A DNA stretch of 64,000 nucleotides from Lobosporangium transversale (taxonomy: Eukaryota): positions 372,001 through 436,000 of the forward strand of contig NW_019028988.1 of NCBI RefSeq assembly GCF_002105155.1, read 5' to 3'. A program made the translations under genes and the position numbers. Below the pieces are notes generated by a model. The model ran no database searches. It had not been told where the DNA came from and saw only the letters and a program-made list of their open reading frames with translations. This document shows positions 27,329 through 39,764 of this stretch, piece after piece. Numbering within the stretch: the stretch's first letter is position 1; the number at the start of each line of letters is the position of its first letter.

Positions 27329-27730
27329 ATGACTCACACATCTTCTGCCACTGCTACCATGACCAACCCTTCCAATAACACCGGAAAGAACCGTCGTCTC
27401 TCTTTCATCCGTCTCTTTAATGGCAAGACAAAGGCCAGTGAGGGTGTTGAGTCCGTAAATGCCTCTGAGGTCCCTCCAGTACCAACATTGCCGGTCCATT
27501 ACCGCCATTCGATGGCTTCATCTATGAATACTTTACAGACTGAGATGATGCGTCAACGCCGCAAGTCTATTGCAGCCATGGCCGATGGAACCGGTCGCTC
27601 TGTCAGCCTCGACTTGAAGCACTCTACTGAAATGACAGACAAGATGCGTCAGTTCGATGAACTTCTCCAGAAGCGTCGCAGTAGCACGATTCGTATTTCA
27701 CTTACCCCAAGTCTACTTCAAGATTCTTAA
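27329..27730 (+). CDS. Hypothetical 133-aa basic, disordered protein
   Basis: Clean ATG-initiated ORF after a TATA-like site and pyrimidine-rich leader; several RRxS motifs (RRLS, RRKS, RRSS). Confidence 0.6.
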   Translation: MTHTSSATATMTNPSNNTGKNRRLSFIRLFNGKTKASEGVESVNASEVPPVPTLPVHYRHSMASSMNTLQTEMMRQRRKSIAAMADGTGRSVSLDLKHSTEMTDKMRQFDELLQKRRSSTIRISLTPSLLQDS

Positions 27731-28347
27731 GACAAACCTCGCTGTCGGAATTTTCATTCCCTACTTCAATTTGCTTTTTTTTGTATTACTCTTCTCATTG
27801 TTTATTGTTTTTTGTCCATTTCTGTTCTGTTCGCTTTCGAGATCTTCTTTATACTTCATAGTTATTTTTATTATTTGTTCGTCATTCTTGTAAAATCGCA
27901 TCCTTGTACAATAGCAATAGATTATTACACATATACTACAAAACATAATATCAATATTTCAATATATATATATCATTGCATTCACGCCACACCAATGACA
28001 AGTCTTGAATGAAATTGCAGTTCCTGTTACTAGCGAATAAGGTTCTTAGTCAAGATTAAAAGGCAACATTGCTGGGGCCAAAGATGAAATACCATTATAG
28101 TCCCACTGTGTGGGGTGGATAGCTTTGTCAATAATTGGGAAGATCGCGATATCCTTGTGCCACGATGGCATGCATGACATGGTGGCAACATTTGAAAAAA
28201 GAGACACAGACATGACAACAGTCACGTCCTTTTTTCAAGCAATACTCCCATGGTGCTTTTTTTTTTTTTTTTTTTTTTTTTTTTTCTTCACATCTCTCAA
28301 CACTCAGCATTCTTTTTTTTTTATACAAATCAATATTCTACGACCGA

Positions 28348-30223
28348 ATGAACTTGTCAAAACCATCACCTTACTCTGCTGCAGACGTCCCAGGTTTACT
28401 CTACGCGTCCTTTAATCAGGGTGAGCATAGCTTTCATTCTGCTCCCATTACTTAACAATGCATTGCAATGCAACTCAATGTGATGCAATGTAACGTCTCT
28501 TTTGACTAGATATATACTGAATGATTAACTTGTCATTTTTGTCCACAACTGTCTATATTACATCCTAAGACTATGGATGCTTTTCCTGCGGGCTCGACAC
28601 TGGGTTCCGAATATATAACTGTGACCCATTGAAGGAAAAAATGCGCAAAGGTTTGTCTAAAAAGGGGCAAAGGTGAGCGATATTGTGCTCACATGGTCTG
28701 ATTTTTTTATTTTTTTATTTATTTTTTTTATAGAGTTTGAGGATGGAGGTATCTGCATTGTTGAAATGCTTTTCCGTTGCAATATTCTCGCTTTGGTTGG
28801 TGGTGGCAAAAACCCAAAGTATCCACCCAACAAGGTGATCATTTGGGACGATCAGAAGAATAGGGCTGTTATCGAATTAGAATTTAGGAGCGAAGTTAAG
28901 GCAGTGAAATTACGGCGCGAAAAGTATGTTATGACAGTTTTTTTTTTTTTTTTTTTTTTTTTCCTTCAACTTGAACCGGCATTTATTTCATGTTCATAAA
29001 ACTTCAAGCGTTCTGTCATTTAATTATTACTTTTAGATTTGTCGTAGCTTTGAATAATAAGGTCATTGTCTACAGCTTCGATCAAAATCCCACCAAATTA
29101 CATGTCTTTGAGACTGTCGATAATGACAGAGGTAAGTACTAAAAAAGAATAAAGAACTAAAATTCCTTGAAGTATAACCCTTTTAATCATCAGAATTTTA
29201 TTCTCAATAGGTCTCGTAGCATTATCCTCATCCGAGAAACACGCAATCTTAATTTTTCCGGGGCGGCAAAGTGGACACATACAGATCGTGGATCTCAATA
29301 ATATCGTACCTACAACAGCTGTATCAGCTTCTGCGGCGCTACCGTCATCTCAACCCAACCCATTCTCTTCCAACCCTCAACCGAAATATCCAATGGCTAG
29401 CACGCGACCTTCAGCCAACATTTCCATTATCCCTGCACACACAAGTCCACTATTTTGCTTGGTGACGAATGCCGATGGAACAAAGTGCGCCTCAGCATCT
29501 GACAAAGGGACGCTAATTAGAGTGTTTGATACTGGGTCCAGCAAACTTTTACATGAGTTCAGACGAGGCGTCGATAGAGCGGAGATTTACAGCATTGCGT
29601 TTAATAGCGACTCCACTAGGATCTGCGCAGGATCTGACAAAGGCACTGTTCATATTTTCAACCTTGAAGGTGTAAATGGATCCAGAGTTTATCAATCAGG
29701 AGTAGGATCACCATCTGCTGGGCCTCACTATGGCGAAGTCATTCAACCGCATCATACAACCCACATGGTGACTGGGAATAGACAATCAAGGTAATTAAAT
29801 AAAGCCTCAGTGCGGCATACTGACAACATTGGGCGAAGCATTTTGGTATAGAACTAGCTTCTGATGATTCGTTGATACGCATCTCTGCTCTCGGTCTTTG
29901 AAATATACAGCTTAGCGTTTATGAAGGATTTGTTGCCGAAATACTTCTCATCAGCATGGTCCTTTGCACAATTCAAAGTTGCTGCTGATTGTCGTTGCAT
30001 TTGTGCATTCGGCGGCGAGAAGAACACAGTGATTGGTAGGTCTTTTTTTTTTCACTTGCCGCAGCTGTTCCAGCGTAGTATATGTAATTAACTATTTTGA
30101 AACGGATGATTAGTGATTTGCGCCGATGGAAGTTTCTACCGATTTATGTTTGATCCACAGAAAGGCGGTGAATGCGTACGGGAGAGTTACAGAAAGTTCT
30201 TGAAGGACAGCGATGATGATTAG
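28348..30223 (+). CDS. HSV2: PROPPIN WD40 phosphoinositide-binding protein, Hsv2/WIPI3-4 (Atg18 family), ~7 exons
   Basis: [76 protein letters not shown] lipid-binding motif, [21 protein letters not shown]. Confidence 0.93.
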
Positions 30224-30681
30224 CACTTCTAAGCCTGAACCATGGACCCTACGATTGTTATTTAGTGGTGATATCTATTATAGCTCTTACACCATTATAC
30301 AGGCAGAATGCCTATTTAAATGCCTTTGAAATGCTAATAATCAGGAGTAGATAGAAAGTGTTTGGCTCCGCTCAGCAGATTACAAAAGAGTCCTGGTCGA
30401 GTCTAAGAAGGTGTATTTGAATTGTGCCATGTTTTAGTAATCCTCAATCACCCTTAATAACTACGGCTATGGTTAAAGTACCTTTTGGAATCTTTCGAGA
30501 CAAACTCTCTAAGTGAGACAGCAAAAAAAAAAAAAAAAAAAAAAAAAGAATAAAAAAAAAATAGCTTCCAAACCGCCAGACTGGCACCAGATCCATCTAG
30601 CTTGCCTATACTCCCAACGAAAGCTGACTAGCTTCCAATGGATAATATTTTCTACTTTTCTATCTCTTTCCTCTCTTACAA

Positions 30682-31839
30682 ATGTCGTATATTACCACGA
30701 ATACATCGCCTTTTGAGACAACCTCCTCGCTGGCACCAACTATAACTCCAAGTGAGCCGTCAACACCCTCGGGGACAACAACTATAACAATTACATTTAC
30801 ACCTGAACCAACAACAGCTACCACAACCGTAGAATTAACGACAATAACGGCCACTACAACCGTAGAGCCAACAATAACAACGACTACTACAGCCGTAGAG
30901 CCAACGATAACAACGACCACCACAACCGTTGAACCAACGATAACAACAATCATCAACACTACAGCTACCTCAGTATCTGACATTACATCGGTCACAAGCT
31001 ATACGCAAACGCAGTTGACACCACCTTTTTCCGGAACGAACGTCGTTACAAGCGTATATCCTAGTATTGTACCAACACCAGCGCCCAAAGATGATCACTC
31101 AAATAAACTCCCAATCGGAGGTATTGTTGGAATAGTCCTCGCTGCTGCAGTTGTCTTGATTGCCCTTGTACTGTGCATAGTCTTTGCAATGCATCGTCAA
31201 CGCCGCAGCGCGAAGCGCAATAGCAATGACATGGCTATGCATGGAGGTCGTCTTTCAAGTGGAGCAGACGTTGACTTTCAAGGAAGTCGATTTGGCGCTG
31301 AGAACATGGACACAGGGATATCACAAGGCCCTATGAATGCGACATCGTTTGAAGAAAGTGGTGTCTCCAATGTATCTTCTAACGGGATGTACCCTTTGGA
31401 AAATTTTGGGACTAGCGCTGCAGCGGCAACAACTGGGACAGATACTGGTATGCATGGCTACGGATCAGATGAATACTCATGGAGGCAGCAGCAACCGTAT
31501 TATCCTACATCAAGTTATGTAGAGCCGTATGGCAATCGACACGACCCTTACTACGCCGTACGGCAAGAGACAACGGCATCGTACATGCGACGCCATCACC
31601 AAAAACAACAGCAGCAGTTCCCACAGCAATTTCAAGAATACACAGACACAAATTCAATGCCCGAAGGATATTTTGCTGGACAACAAAGCCGCCCTTCTGG
31701 CCACGACAACTACTATGCCGATCGATACTATGCAGCCGATGACGGCCGTTATCATCTCCATCAGTTAAGGCATGGCTATGGGATGGATGCAAGATCAGGC
31801 CCAGATCCTGGAACGAATACCTCCAATCCTACCATCTAA
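30682..31839 (+). CDS. Thr-rich single-pass membrane protein (mucin/Mid2-like) with Tyr/Gln-rich tail
   Basis: 385-aa ORF with tandem TTTVEPTIT-type repeats, TM IGGIVGIVLAAAVVLIALVLCIVFAM, then HRQRR stop-transfer. Confidence 0.72.
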   Translation: MSYITTNTSPFETTSSLAPTITPSEPSTPSGTTTITITFTPEPTTATTTVELTTITATTTVEPTITTTTTAVEPTITTTTTTVEPTITTIINTTATSVSDITSVTSYTQTQLTPPFSGTNVVTSVYPSIVPTPAPKDDHSNKLPIGGIVGIVLAAAVVLIALVLCIVFAMHRQRRSAKRNSNDMAMHGGRLSSGADVDFQGSRFGAENMDTGISQGPMNATSFEESGVSNVSSNGMYPLENFGTSAAAATTGTDTGMHGYGSDEYSWRQQQPYYPTSSYVEPYGNRHDPYYAVRQETTASYMRRHHQKQQQQFPQQFQEYTDTNSMPEGYFAGQQSRPSGHDNYYADRYYAADDGRYHLHQLRHGYGMDARSGPDPGTNTSNPTI

Positions 31840-32450
31840 TGAGTATAGTGTAATGATTACTGGTCGCAATATTGTTTCGTCTGAGAATGTCGATCCTCGC
31901 AGCATGGCCCGCTCTATCGTGAGGATATCGTGGTCTAAGGACGCAGCAACAACACCATTAATGTCTTGCTATCAGTTTTAGAATGACAATAGGAAAAACT
32001 ACTACATTCTTCAGAACTTACTCTGAACTACAGAAGTTAGCAAGCTTTCCAGGCAGTCTGGTCAGGTACTGTCGCCATTATCGACCTCAAAAACTGCTTT
32101 ATGGTCAAAGTTACAGTAATCTCCTTGTGTAATGTGTACAGTTACTTTAAATACAATAAACATTATGACTGAAAAGAATGAGAGCCCCATGATAGACGCA
32201 AAAAGGATGAGCTAGATAGGCTATTAGAAATCTATTGAGAATCCATATTGAATTAGTGGGGCCAGTCACTGTTGCTCTCACCAACAGATCTGCCTTCATC
32301 TTTACGCTTATTGGTGCTGCATCATCAGTCTTCATTGTGTTCTCTTTTTCACTTTACTCATCATCAGCATCCTTTCTTTAATCGTCCTCACCCCTTTCTT
32401 TCCTTGCTTATTTATTTCTAACGCAACTCCAACCTAACCAATCAACTATC

Positions 32451-34069
32451 ATGACTGCCTCTGCTGCCGATACACCTAACACCGTTTGGGATACAAAAAC
32501 CCAACAATTTCATGGAGGACAGGATTGGAAGTTTCTCAGCAATTTTGTTGAAGACTTCTCTGTTACCACCAACTGCCTTGGCACTCCTGTCAAGGCTCTT
32601 CAAGCAGCTCGTGATGCGGTATGAAGCTTTTATCAATAATCATTTTGTTGATCTTGTCTTGTTGCAAAGGAAGCTTAAATAACAGTGATTTCTACGATTG
32701 CTCGTCTTATTGTCACAGATCGCAACTTGTCACCATTATCCTCCTGCTAACCAAGAGCCCGCCAAGTCCTCTCTAGCTGAATGGATCTGGCCTGAGCACT
32801 GGGAGGCGAACAGAGAGCGTCTGTTGCTCGGTAATGGTGCCTCTGAGTTAATTGACCTCGTCATTCGTTCAGCGCCCCAAGGATCATGGAAAGCTGGCCC
32901 ATGGGATGTTCAGGTATGGAATGGCAACCAGTAAAGAGCATAAGGCGCTTTGGGGATGAAGATGATACGCCAAGGGACCATTACAGACATTTTTCCATGT
33001 GTTCTGCGCGTGATCAGTCTATACTCCACAAAGAATAGTCTTAATCCGCCAATCTGATCTGAGTGATGAAGCCCACATACTCCTTTCTTTTTTTTTTTTT
33101 TTTTTTTTTTTTCGTTTTTGCCTGGCAAAGTCAGTGTGAAAGTCCCGATGTTTAAGGGTCCATATACTAATAGAGAAAAAGAAAATATGTTGATAATGAA
33201 TATAGTACAAGGAATACCAGCGATCTGCTGAGACCAATGGCCGTGACATTCTCTCGCCTAAAGGCGAAGACAAGGCTAACGTCGTGTGCATTGTCAACCC
33301 TTGCAATCCTACTGGAGACTACAAATCGATTGAGGAGCTCAAGTCATGGATCTTGAACAATGTTCAGGACAATGGCGTTGTTGTTATTGGTATATGTCGA
33401 CTAAATACCCATTTGATGCATTGCTGACCACAGAGCGATGAAATAACATCTTCAACCCACATGACTCATCATATTTATTCATCAAAAATTTTATCGTGTT
33501 TAGATGAATCGATGCAAATTTGGGTCGGACCCAACTTCCGTGAAGATTCCATGACAGCTCAGACCGAGTTCTTAGAAAAAACTTTCAAGGAGCGTAACAT
33601 CTCCATCTATGTAATTCACTCTTGGACAAAGATTTGGTCATGCACTGGTCTTCGCCTAGGTTCTATTGTGTGTCCTACTGTGGCTCATTGTGTCGAGCTG
33701 AAGCGTATTCAGGTTCCCTGGAGCGTCAACAGTCCAGCACTGGCGTTTTTGGATGAGGTTGTCCGCGATACTGAATATTTGGAAGAGACATGGAGAGTGA
33801 CACCGATCTACCGTGCTCAGCTGATTGAGCGTCTTAAGTCGCTTGCTAACGGTCGTTCTTGGGAATATTTTGGCAAGCCTTACCTCAGCTGGGTGTGGGC
33901 TGATCTCAAGGATGTTCAAACGGCCGAGAAGGCCGTAGCTTTGGCAAAACAAGCCGGCGTTCCTGTCCGTAGTGGCAAGCCAGGATATGAACGTCCAACG
34001 TTTGTGCGTATTGCAGTTCGTGAGCCTAGTCAGGTCGATGTTCTCCTCACAGCTTGGAAAGATCTTTAA
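32451..34069 (+). CDS. PLP-dependent class I/II aminotransferase-fold enzyme, CobD/HisC-like (4 exons)
   Basis: FHGGQDW, DFSVTTNCLG, HYP, LGNGASELI, VNPCNPTG, IDESM, SWTKIWSCTGLRLG (PLP Lys), VRIAVR. Confidence 0.88.
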
Positions 34070-34272
34070 AAAAAAAAAAAAAAAGATCCTCTTCAGGCAT
34101 ATAAAATACGCACCATAATGAGCATGAGTAGCCCTATATATTGATAATCACGTGTATTCGTAAACATTCAAAAAAAACCTTTGGTGGCAAAGCAAGATGG
34201 AACATCTAAGGATCATTGCACTTTTTTTTTTTTTTTTTTTTGAGTAATCTTACCTTCAGGATAATAAATCAA

Positions 34273-35053
34273 ATGGAGATCATCAATGCTGATTCAGCGA
34301 TGCTCAGCAATTATGAGGTCTTAACTTTGTTGAATGACCAGAAGGCACAACGTCAAGCAAATGAGGTTGCAGGCACACGTGAGGTCGCAGAAAACTTGCG
34401 AACAGTAGAGTTCGAGGTATTCAGTCAAGATATTAAGAATAATGATAGTTGTTTGCTACCTTGTCTTTTTTTTACTAAACTGAAATGGATAAATGGGCAG
34501 CACTAACAAATAGAACGTAAGTCATGGAGGATTAACAAGTAGATCGGTCGTGCTGTTTCCCAATTAGGTTCAAAAGTATCTAAGTGCTTCACCGTGCACA
34601 ACACAATCGCCAGAGCAGATCGTAGCACTAAAGAAAGCGCTTTCAGCATACGAGTTGATGAAGGTTGAACTGTTACAGATTCTTAATCTTCGACCAAAAT
34701 CCCCAGTTGAGTTGTTGCTGGTAATAATATTATAAAAACTGTGAAGAAAACATGTGAGAACTCAAGAGTGAGGCATGTTTGGGAAAGAGAATAGGCGAGG
34801 GGCTCCTCGCCCGGCCATATGCTTTTCAATAAGGCATATAGGGGGTTGCTTCTATTTCATGATCTTCAACTGACACTCTTTTTATTTCTTTTTATTGTGT
34901 ATTTAATGAAAATAGGTCATTGAAGAATTCGAAGAACGGTTTACGATGGAGGATTGTGAAGCTATGCTTCGGATCATTTTGGAGTCACTGCCAAGAGACG
35001 ACGACGAAGTTATGGCTGAGGCAGAGAATAATGTAGAAGACCAAGAGGCATGA
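34273..35053 (+). CDS. RPC17: RNA polymerase III subunit C17 (Rpc17/RPC9, Rpb4 family), 3 exons
   Basis: MEIINADSAMLSNYEVLTLL, ENLRTVEFE/VQKYLSASPC, YELMKVELLQILNLRPKSPVELLL/VIEEFEERF. Confidence 0.88.
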
Positions 35054-35942
35054 TGCAGGAGAAATTTAACCTATAAAAATAAATTTTTTTAAACAACATT
35101 CAGAATATTTATATTTGTATAAATATAACAAATTAAAGAACCCTAGGCTTAAAAACCTCCCAGATGCACTAAGGCGTGGGATGGGGTGCTCTTGAACTTC
35201 AGGAAATATACAACAACATATCCCTTCTAAAATACAACGCAGAAATGATGGTTCATAAATCTAACAGAAGCAGCAAAACAGGAGAGAGTGAGGCGGGAAA
35301 GCATTAGAATGATGAGCGGACAAGAGATTGACCCCTGTCAATTTGGGATTATGATGGAGGAAAGAAAACCTTGTCTCCAGAATCCTTGCCTTGTCCAACT
35401 TTTATTAAGTAGAGTTTTTTTTTGTATGTTTTCAGCCTTTGCTGTATTCTTGAGCCCCTGTCTCCATTATATACCCCATGCACTTTGGAATCGGTTCCAT
35501 TTATACTGGACGGGGAAAATATTATTTTACAGTACTGAGTTACCTTCTTGATGTTAGAGGGGGCTATTCAGGCTATAATTGTCCTTTACCTACATGTATT
35601 TTATTTTCCCTTTTCCTTTGGGATCGCAAAGAAACACCGACAACCCTAATTCTGCTGAATCGTTTACTTCCCAGTTCGTGTGCATTCTTTAGCCTCCCTA
35701 TGCGGCACACAGCTCGTCTGTCAACCCCTTTGCATTTGACTCTCAGCATTTCCTCCTTTTACCTTCCCCTTCCTTCGTTTCCTCTTTTTTCTCTTCTCTC
35801 TCTACCTTATCTTTACCCATTTTCAGCCATAACTTACTATTCTGCACTTTATCCCACAACATCATTGTCATTCACATCCAATAAATTGCTATCTAGTATT
35901 TTCTCCTCGCTACTAAGCTATCATTAATCTACAGAAAAAAAA

Positions 35943-37127
35943 ATGTCTACACGTCCTACGATTACCTGTCAAAGTCATTGGATCAGTCCCAAGGACTCCC
36001 ATAACCTTAAACGTCGCCATACCCGAGGCAACAGTTCATATTCGCGCTCTTCTCGAACTACCTTCTCATCTTCATTGTCGTCCAACATCTCATTGTCAGA
36101 CAGCACATATATCCATAGAGACCATCACCCTTACCAGGATGAGGAGCTTTGCTGTACCGATTCGCTTTGCACCAAGAATAACATTAGATACGGTGGATAC
36201 AATAATAATATCAATGATCTCGAGAAGCCAATGCAATCTTCGGATGTACCGAGTTGGTTTGGGTCTCTTAGGAGCTTTGCTATCTCTGCTAGTGCCACTT
36301 CAAGGGGGGTATTCACATCTCTGAACGCCTCCTTACCATCCCACTCATCTAAATCCAATCCTTCATCATCACCATGCCGAGGCAAGTCGTCCTCCATCTA
36401 TTACGCAGGCCTTCTAGACGATGACAGCGACAGTGGCTCTAGCAACAACTATGATGAACCTATCACAAGCAAAAACGGACTGAAGGAGAATCGTGTACGT
36501 GGGCCACGGATGAACTGGGCCAAGCTCGATCCTTCACTAGGGAGTATTTTTTCACAGCCATACAAGGCTATTCCTGAACCCGAACTTTCATCTCCTTCCT
36601 CTCCCTCAACTGCATCTGCGTCTTCACTTCAGTCACCGACTTTTTCGGATGTCGAGCATCTAGCCGTCTCAGAAGCGTGTCGCCATGACGATGATGCCAG
36701 CATCTACCACGCCGAGATTGACAGGGTTACGAGCAATGGTGACGACGAATGTCCTAAATTCTCCAGTTATCGCCACTATGGCCGTATGCTTAAAGAAGAT
36801 GCTGATCTTGGAAATGGGCCAACCTCAAACGCGTATGCGAATGCTTATCTTGGCTCGAAATCGACTCCTACAACCTCTGCTTTTTCATATATCAAATCCT
36901 ATGTTCCATCATTACCAGGTTTTAATAATGAAACAAAACGGACAGGAGCTAGGTCACCGACAACAGTATCATCGTCATTATCCTCCTCTTCTGGAACGGG
37001 ACTTTGGTCCATTCGAAAATTATCCATGACTCTATTGAGTAATGACCTATACGCGCCCATCGATCCCTCGTCCGACGAGGCTTTCATACCAACCGACAAT
37101 AGGAAGATGCATGGCCAACAACCTTGA
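35943..37127 (+). CDS. Hypothetical Ser-rich disordered protein
   Basis: 394-aa intronless ATG-initiated ORF; no domain recognised. Confidence 0.6.
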   Translation: MSTRPTITCQSHWISPKDSHNLKRRHTRGNSSYSRSSRTTFSSSLSSNISLSDSTYIHRDHHPYQDEELCCTDSLCTKNNIRYGGYNNNINDLEKPMQSSDVPSWFGSLRSFAISASATSRGVFTSLNASLPSHSSKSNPSSSPCRGKSSSIYYAGLLDDDSDSGSSNNYDEPITSKNGLKENRVRGPRMNWAKLDPSLGSIFSQPYKAIPEPELSSPSSPSTASASSLQSPTFSDVEHLAVSEACRHDDDASIYHAEIDRVTSNGDDECPKFSSYRHYGRMLKEDADLGNGPTSNAYANAYLGSKSTPTTSAFSYIKSYVPSLPGFNNETKRTGARSPTTVSSSLSSSSGTGLWSIRKLSMTLLSNDLYAPIDPSSDEAFIPTDNRKMHGQQP

Positions 37128-37749
37128 AGGAATGGTTATAAGGACCATAAGACTGCTACAACTGCTATAACACCTACTACTTGCTGTTACGACGAATGCA
37201 CTATCGATCTCTCCTATAGCTATTTCCTCCAAGGATCCTTGATATGTCTACACCAATACACTAGGCAATCCTAAACATCTTCCCATGTCCTTCTGCAGCA
37301 GGGGCATGCGGAAGATTATGTGGACTGATTGAGAAGCTATCACCAATATGTATTGTTATTTTGCAATTGTAATAAAATAAAGCGTAGAGATTTTATGCGC
37401 AAAAGTAAGAACGACGAGTTATACTCAATGCTTCGTATAGAATCTTCCCCAATAATCTCATATTTTGCAAACGCAGTGTTCCCATTTTAAATAATGCAAC
37501 GAGTAATGAGCCAATGATGCAGAGGGGAGAAATGTAGAGACTAGAAAGTAAAGCCTGCTAGATCATAGACAAGGAGTAAAACTTCAGAACGATTCGGCAT
37601 ATGGAACTCTTTGGTAAATGAATGGAATAATTGAGTAAACCTCGTCGGCTCTATGGCTTTTAGGAGAACCTCCCTTTGATTCCCAAAAGCTTAAATATAT
37701 TCTCATCATTTTCTTCTTCTATCGCTTCCACTCCCCTTTTATCATGATC

Positions 37750-38985
37750 ATATCGACAGCGCCTCAATTGTTTGATGCCCTGTTTTATATCTGCAAATAT
37801 CTATTTATTAGATTCTCTGGTGTCAGGCTCTGCAGCCTACTCTGTCCTCGAGTACCGGAGTAAGTACTCAATGTTCGTAGTTTTGAATGATCTGCGCGTT
37901 TTTAAGAGCAAATCTAACTAACGAATATTCGATCGATAGATATAAAGACGAGCTGTAGGAATTTGTTCAACAAACGCCTTCGAAATGAATAGGGGCTCAA
38001 CGATGGTGATAAGGGTATTTACCCTCAGCCAAGAATTATTGAAAAATCCAGTCATTTAAAACATAATGTCTTTTGGGTCCTATTATCAACCACAAGACTT
38101 CGACGCCTGCTCCTCCGTTTGAGAAACCGCCAGGACGTCACGAGATCCTGGGGACCTCTACGTTTCAGACATTGAGACAGCTGGCAATCAAAAAAGTCTT
38201 GGTAGACTACTACGGCTTTGTCCTTCCTAAACAAAGTTCACGGTTTGCTCCGTAAGCTTGTTCTGGAGTACACGAAATAATAGACCCCAACATCCGTCGT
38301 TTGCTCTAGAGCTAACCTACATTTGGAAGAGTTTGCCATTATTGAGCAACGTTATGTCTCGATTAGGTTACCAACATCAACCCAAAGCTCCGTGCGCTCA
38401 TGTCTGCATGTGCTCCTCCTGATGGCTATGACGAATATGGGAAATTGGGGCTTACTTCATTGGGTCTGTATCCTTTTTATTGTTCTTTTGAAACCTTTCA
38501 CGACTACTGACCGAACCACTGATACGGGTTAAGGCCCATGAATAATCGGATGGCATTTGTGGATATACAATTCAACAATTTCACCCAGTCACTAAGAATA
38601 TAATCATCTCTTCACCGTCGCTAAAATACAATTCTCTTGGGAAATACAGCTGAGAAGAGTAGTTAACGTAGAAGACATCTTTTGGACGATCCGATTCTGC
38701 AGAGACAGAGACAGAAGATTCAGATGTCACCCAATTATTGCAGAGCGTCAGGTAGCAGCAAAGAAATCCAGAGTTGTGGTTTACCATGTGTCTATTCGTT
38801 AGCAGTTATGGATCCGCGAATATGGACTCTCACAGGAGCATAGGGGTTTACGGAGCAGGACCATGGCGTAGAGCGCATGCTGGGACTCAAAAAGCTGGAG
38901 AAGCTCTCGATTACCCCCCAGTCTGTGCTAACGCCCAAGTAACCATTTAATTTTACAAAGTGGATAGCGATGTATAAAAATATTT
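37750..38985 (+). pseudogene. Possible decayed F-box/LRR-like gene remnant
   Basis: Broken Leu-periodic fragments (QTLRQLAIKKVLV; HGVERMLGLKKLEKLSIT...TKWI) interrupted by stops; family assignment is an impression only. Confidence 0.3.
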
Positions 38986-39764
38986 ATACTCTGCATGCAT
39001 TTTAAGTTGATGCGTATGAATTTGGTTGGTTCGTTTCATTCAGATGTACTGACACTGTGCTACCTGATGATCATGTTTTTCTGTGGAAAGAACACTTGAA
39101 TTTTTCCGTATTTTCCGATCATTTGCTGGAGAGAGTCTCAGACGCTTTTGTTTGGCCAACTACGCATTTATAAAAACGTTGGAGTATATTGCGGGTCCGT
39201 TGAACCGAAGTATTACAATGTATTTGTTATTTATGTTCATGTAGTTGACAAAACAGCTCGAGAGCCCAGAGCTGTGATAGCTTTTGTATTTTTATAGCCT
39301 ATTCGAATGTGCTCTTCAAGTGGATGCAGAATAACTGGGGCTACTGTAGGCTCATAAAAGGTGGACATGTGTGGTGTAGAGTACATAAAAGAGAACAAGA
39401 GATACAATATGCAATTGGTACATGAACTCAATGAAAGTTTATGTCACGCCCAAGTTCAAATCGAGGGTGCTTGTCTGTTATCCTCTCAATAAAGTCAAGT
39501 CTTCAGCATGCACTTCACATTCATTCTCAGTCATTACTTTCCTTCTCTCATACTCTCACCTTCTGTTCCTCTTCTTTGACCATTCATTTATTCTCCCTCC
39601 ATCAAATCTCAATCACTACATTGCATGTAGCAACTCTCATTCCTCTAAGCTCTTTTTGGATTGGTCTTCACTTGCCTAACCTTTTGTAGCATTTCATATT
39701 ACAACAACAATACTGCAGTAAATACCTTTTCTTGTCCACCGAAAACTCTCTCTTACTTCCTGTT

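Noticed and set aside
32914..33205. TPP or cobalamin riboswitch in the intron of the CobD-like gene
   Set aside because: No CTGAGA/ACCTGAT TPP core and no B12-box motifs seen.
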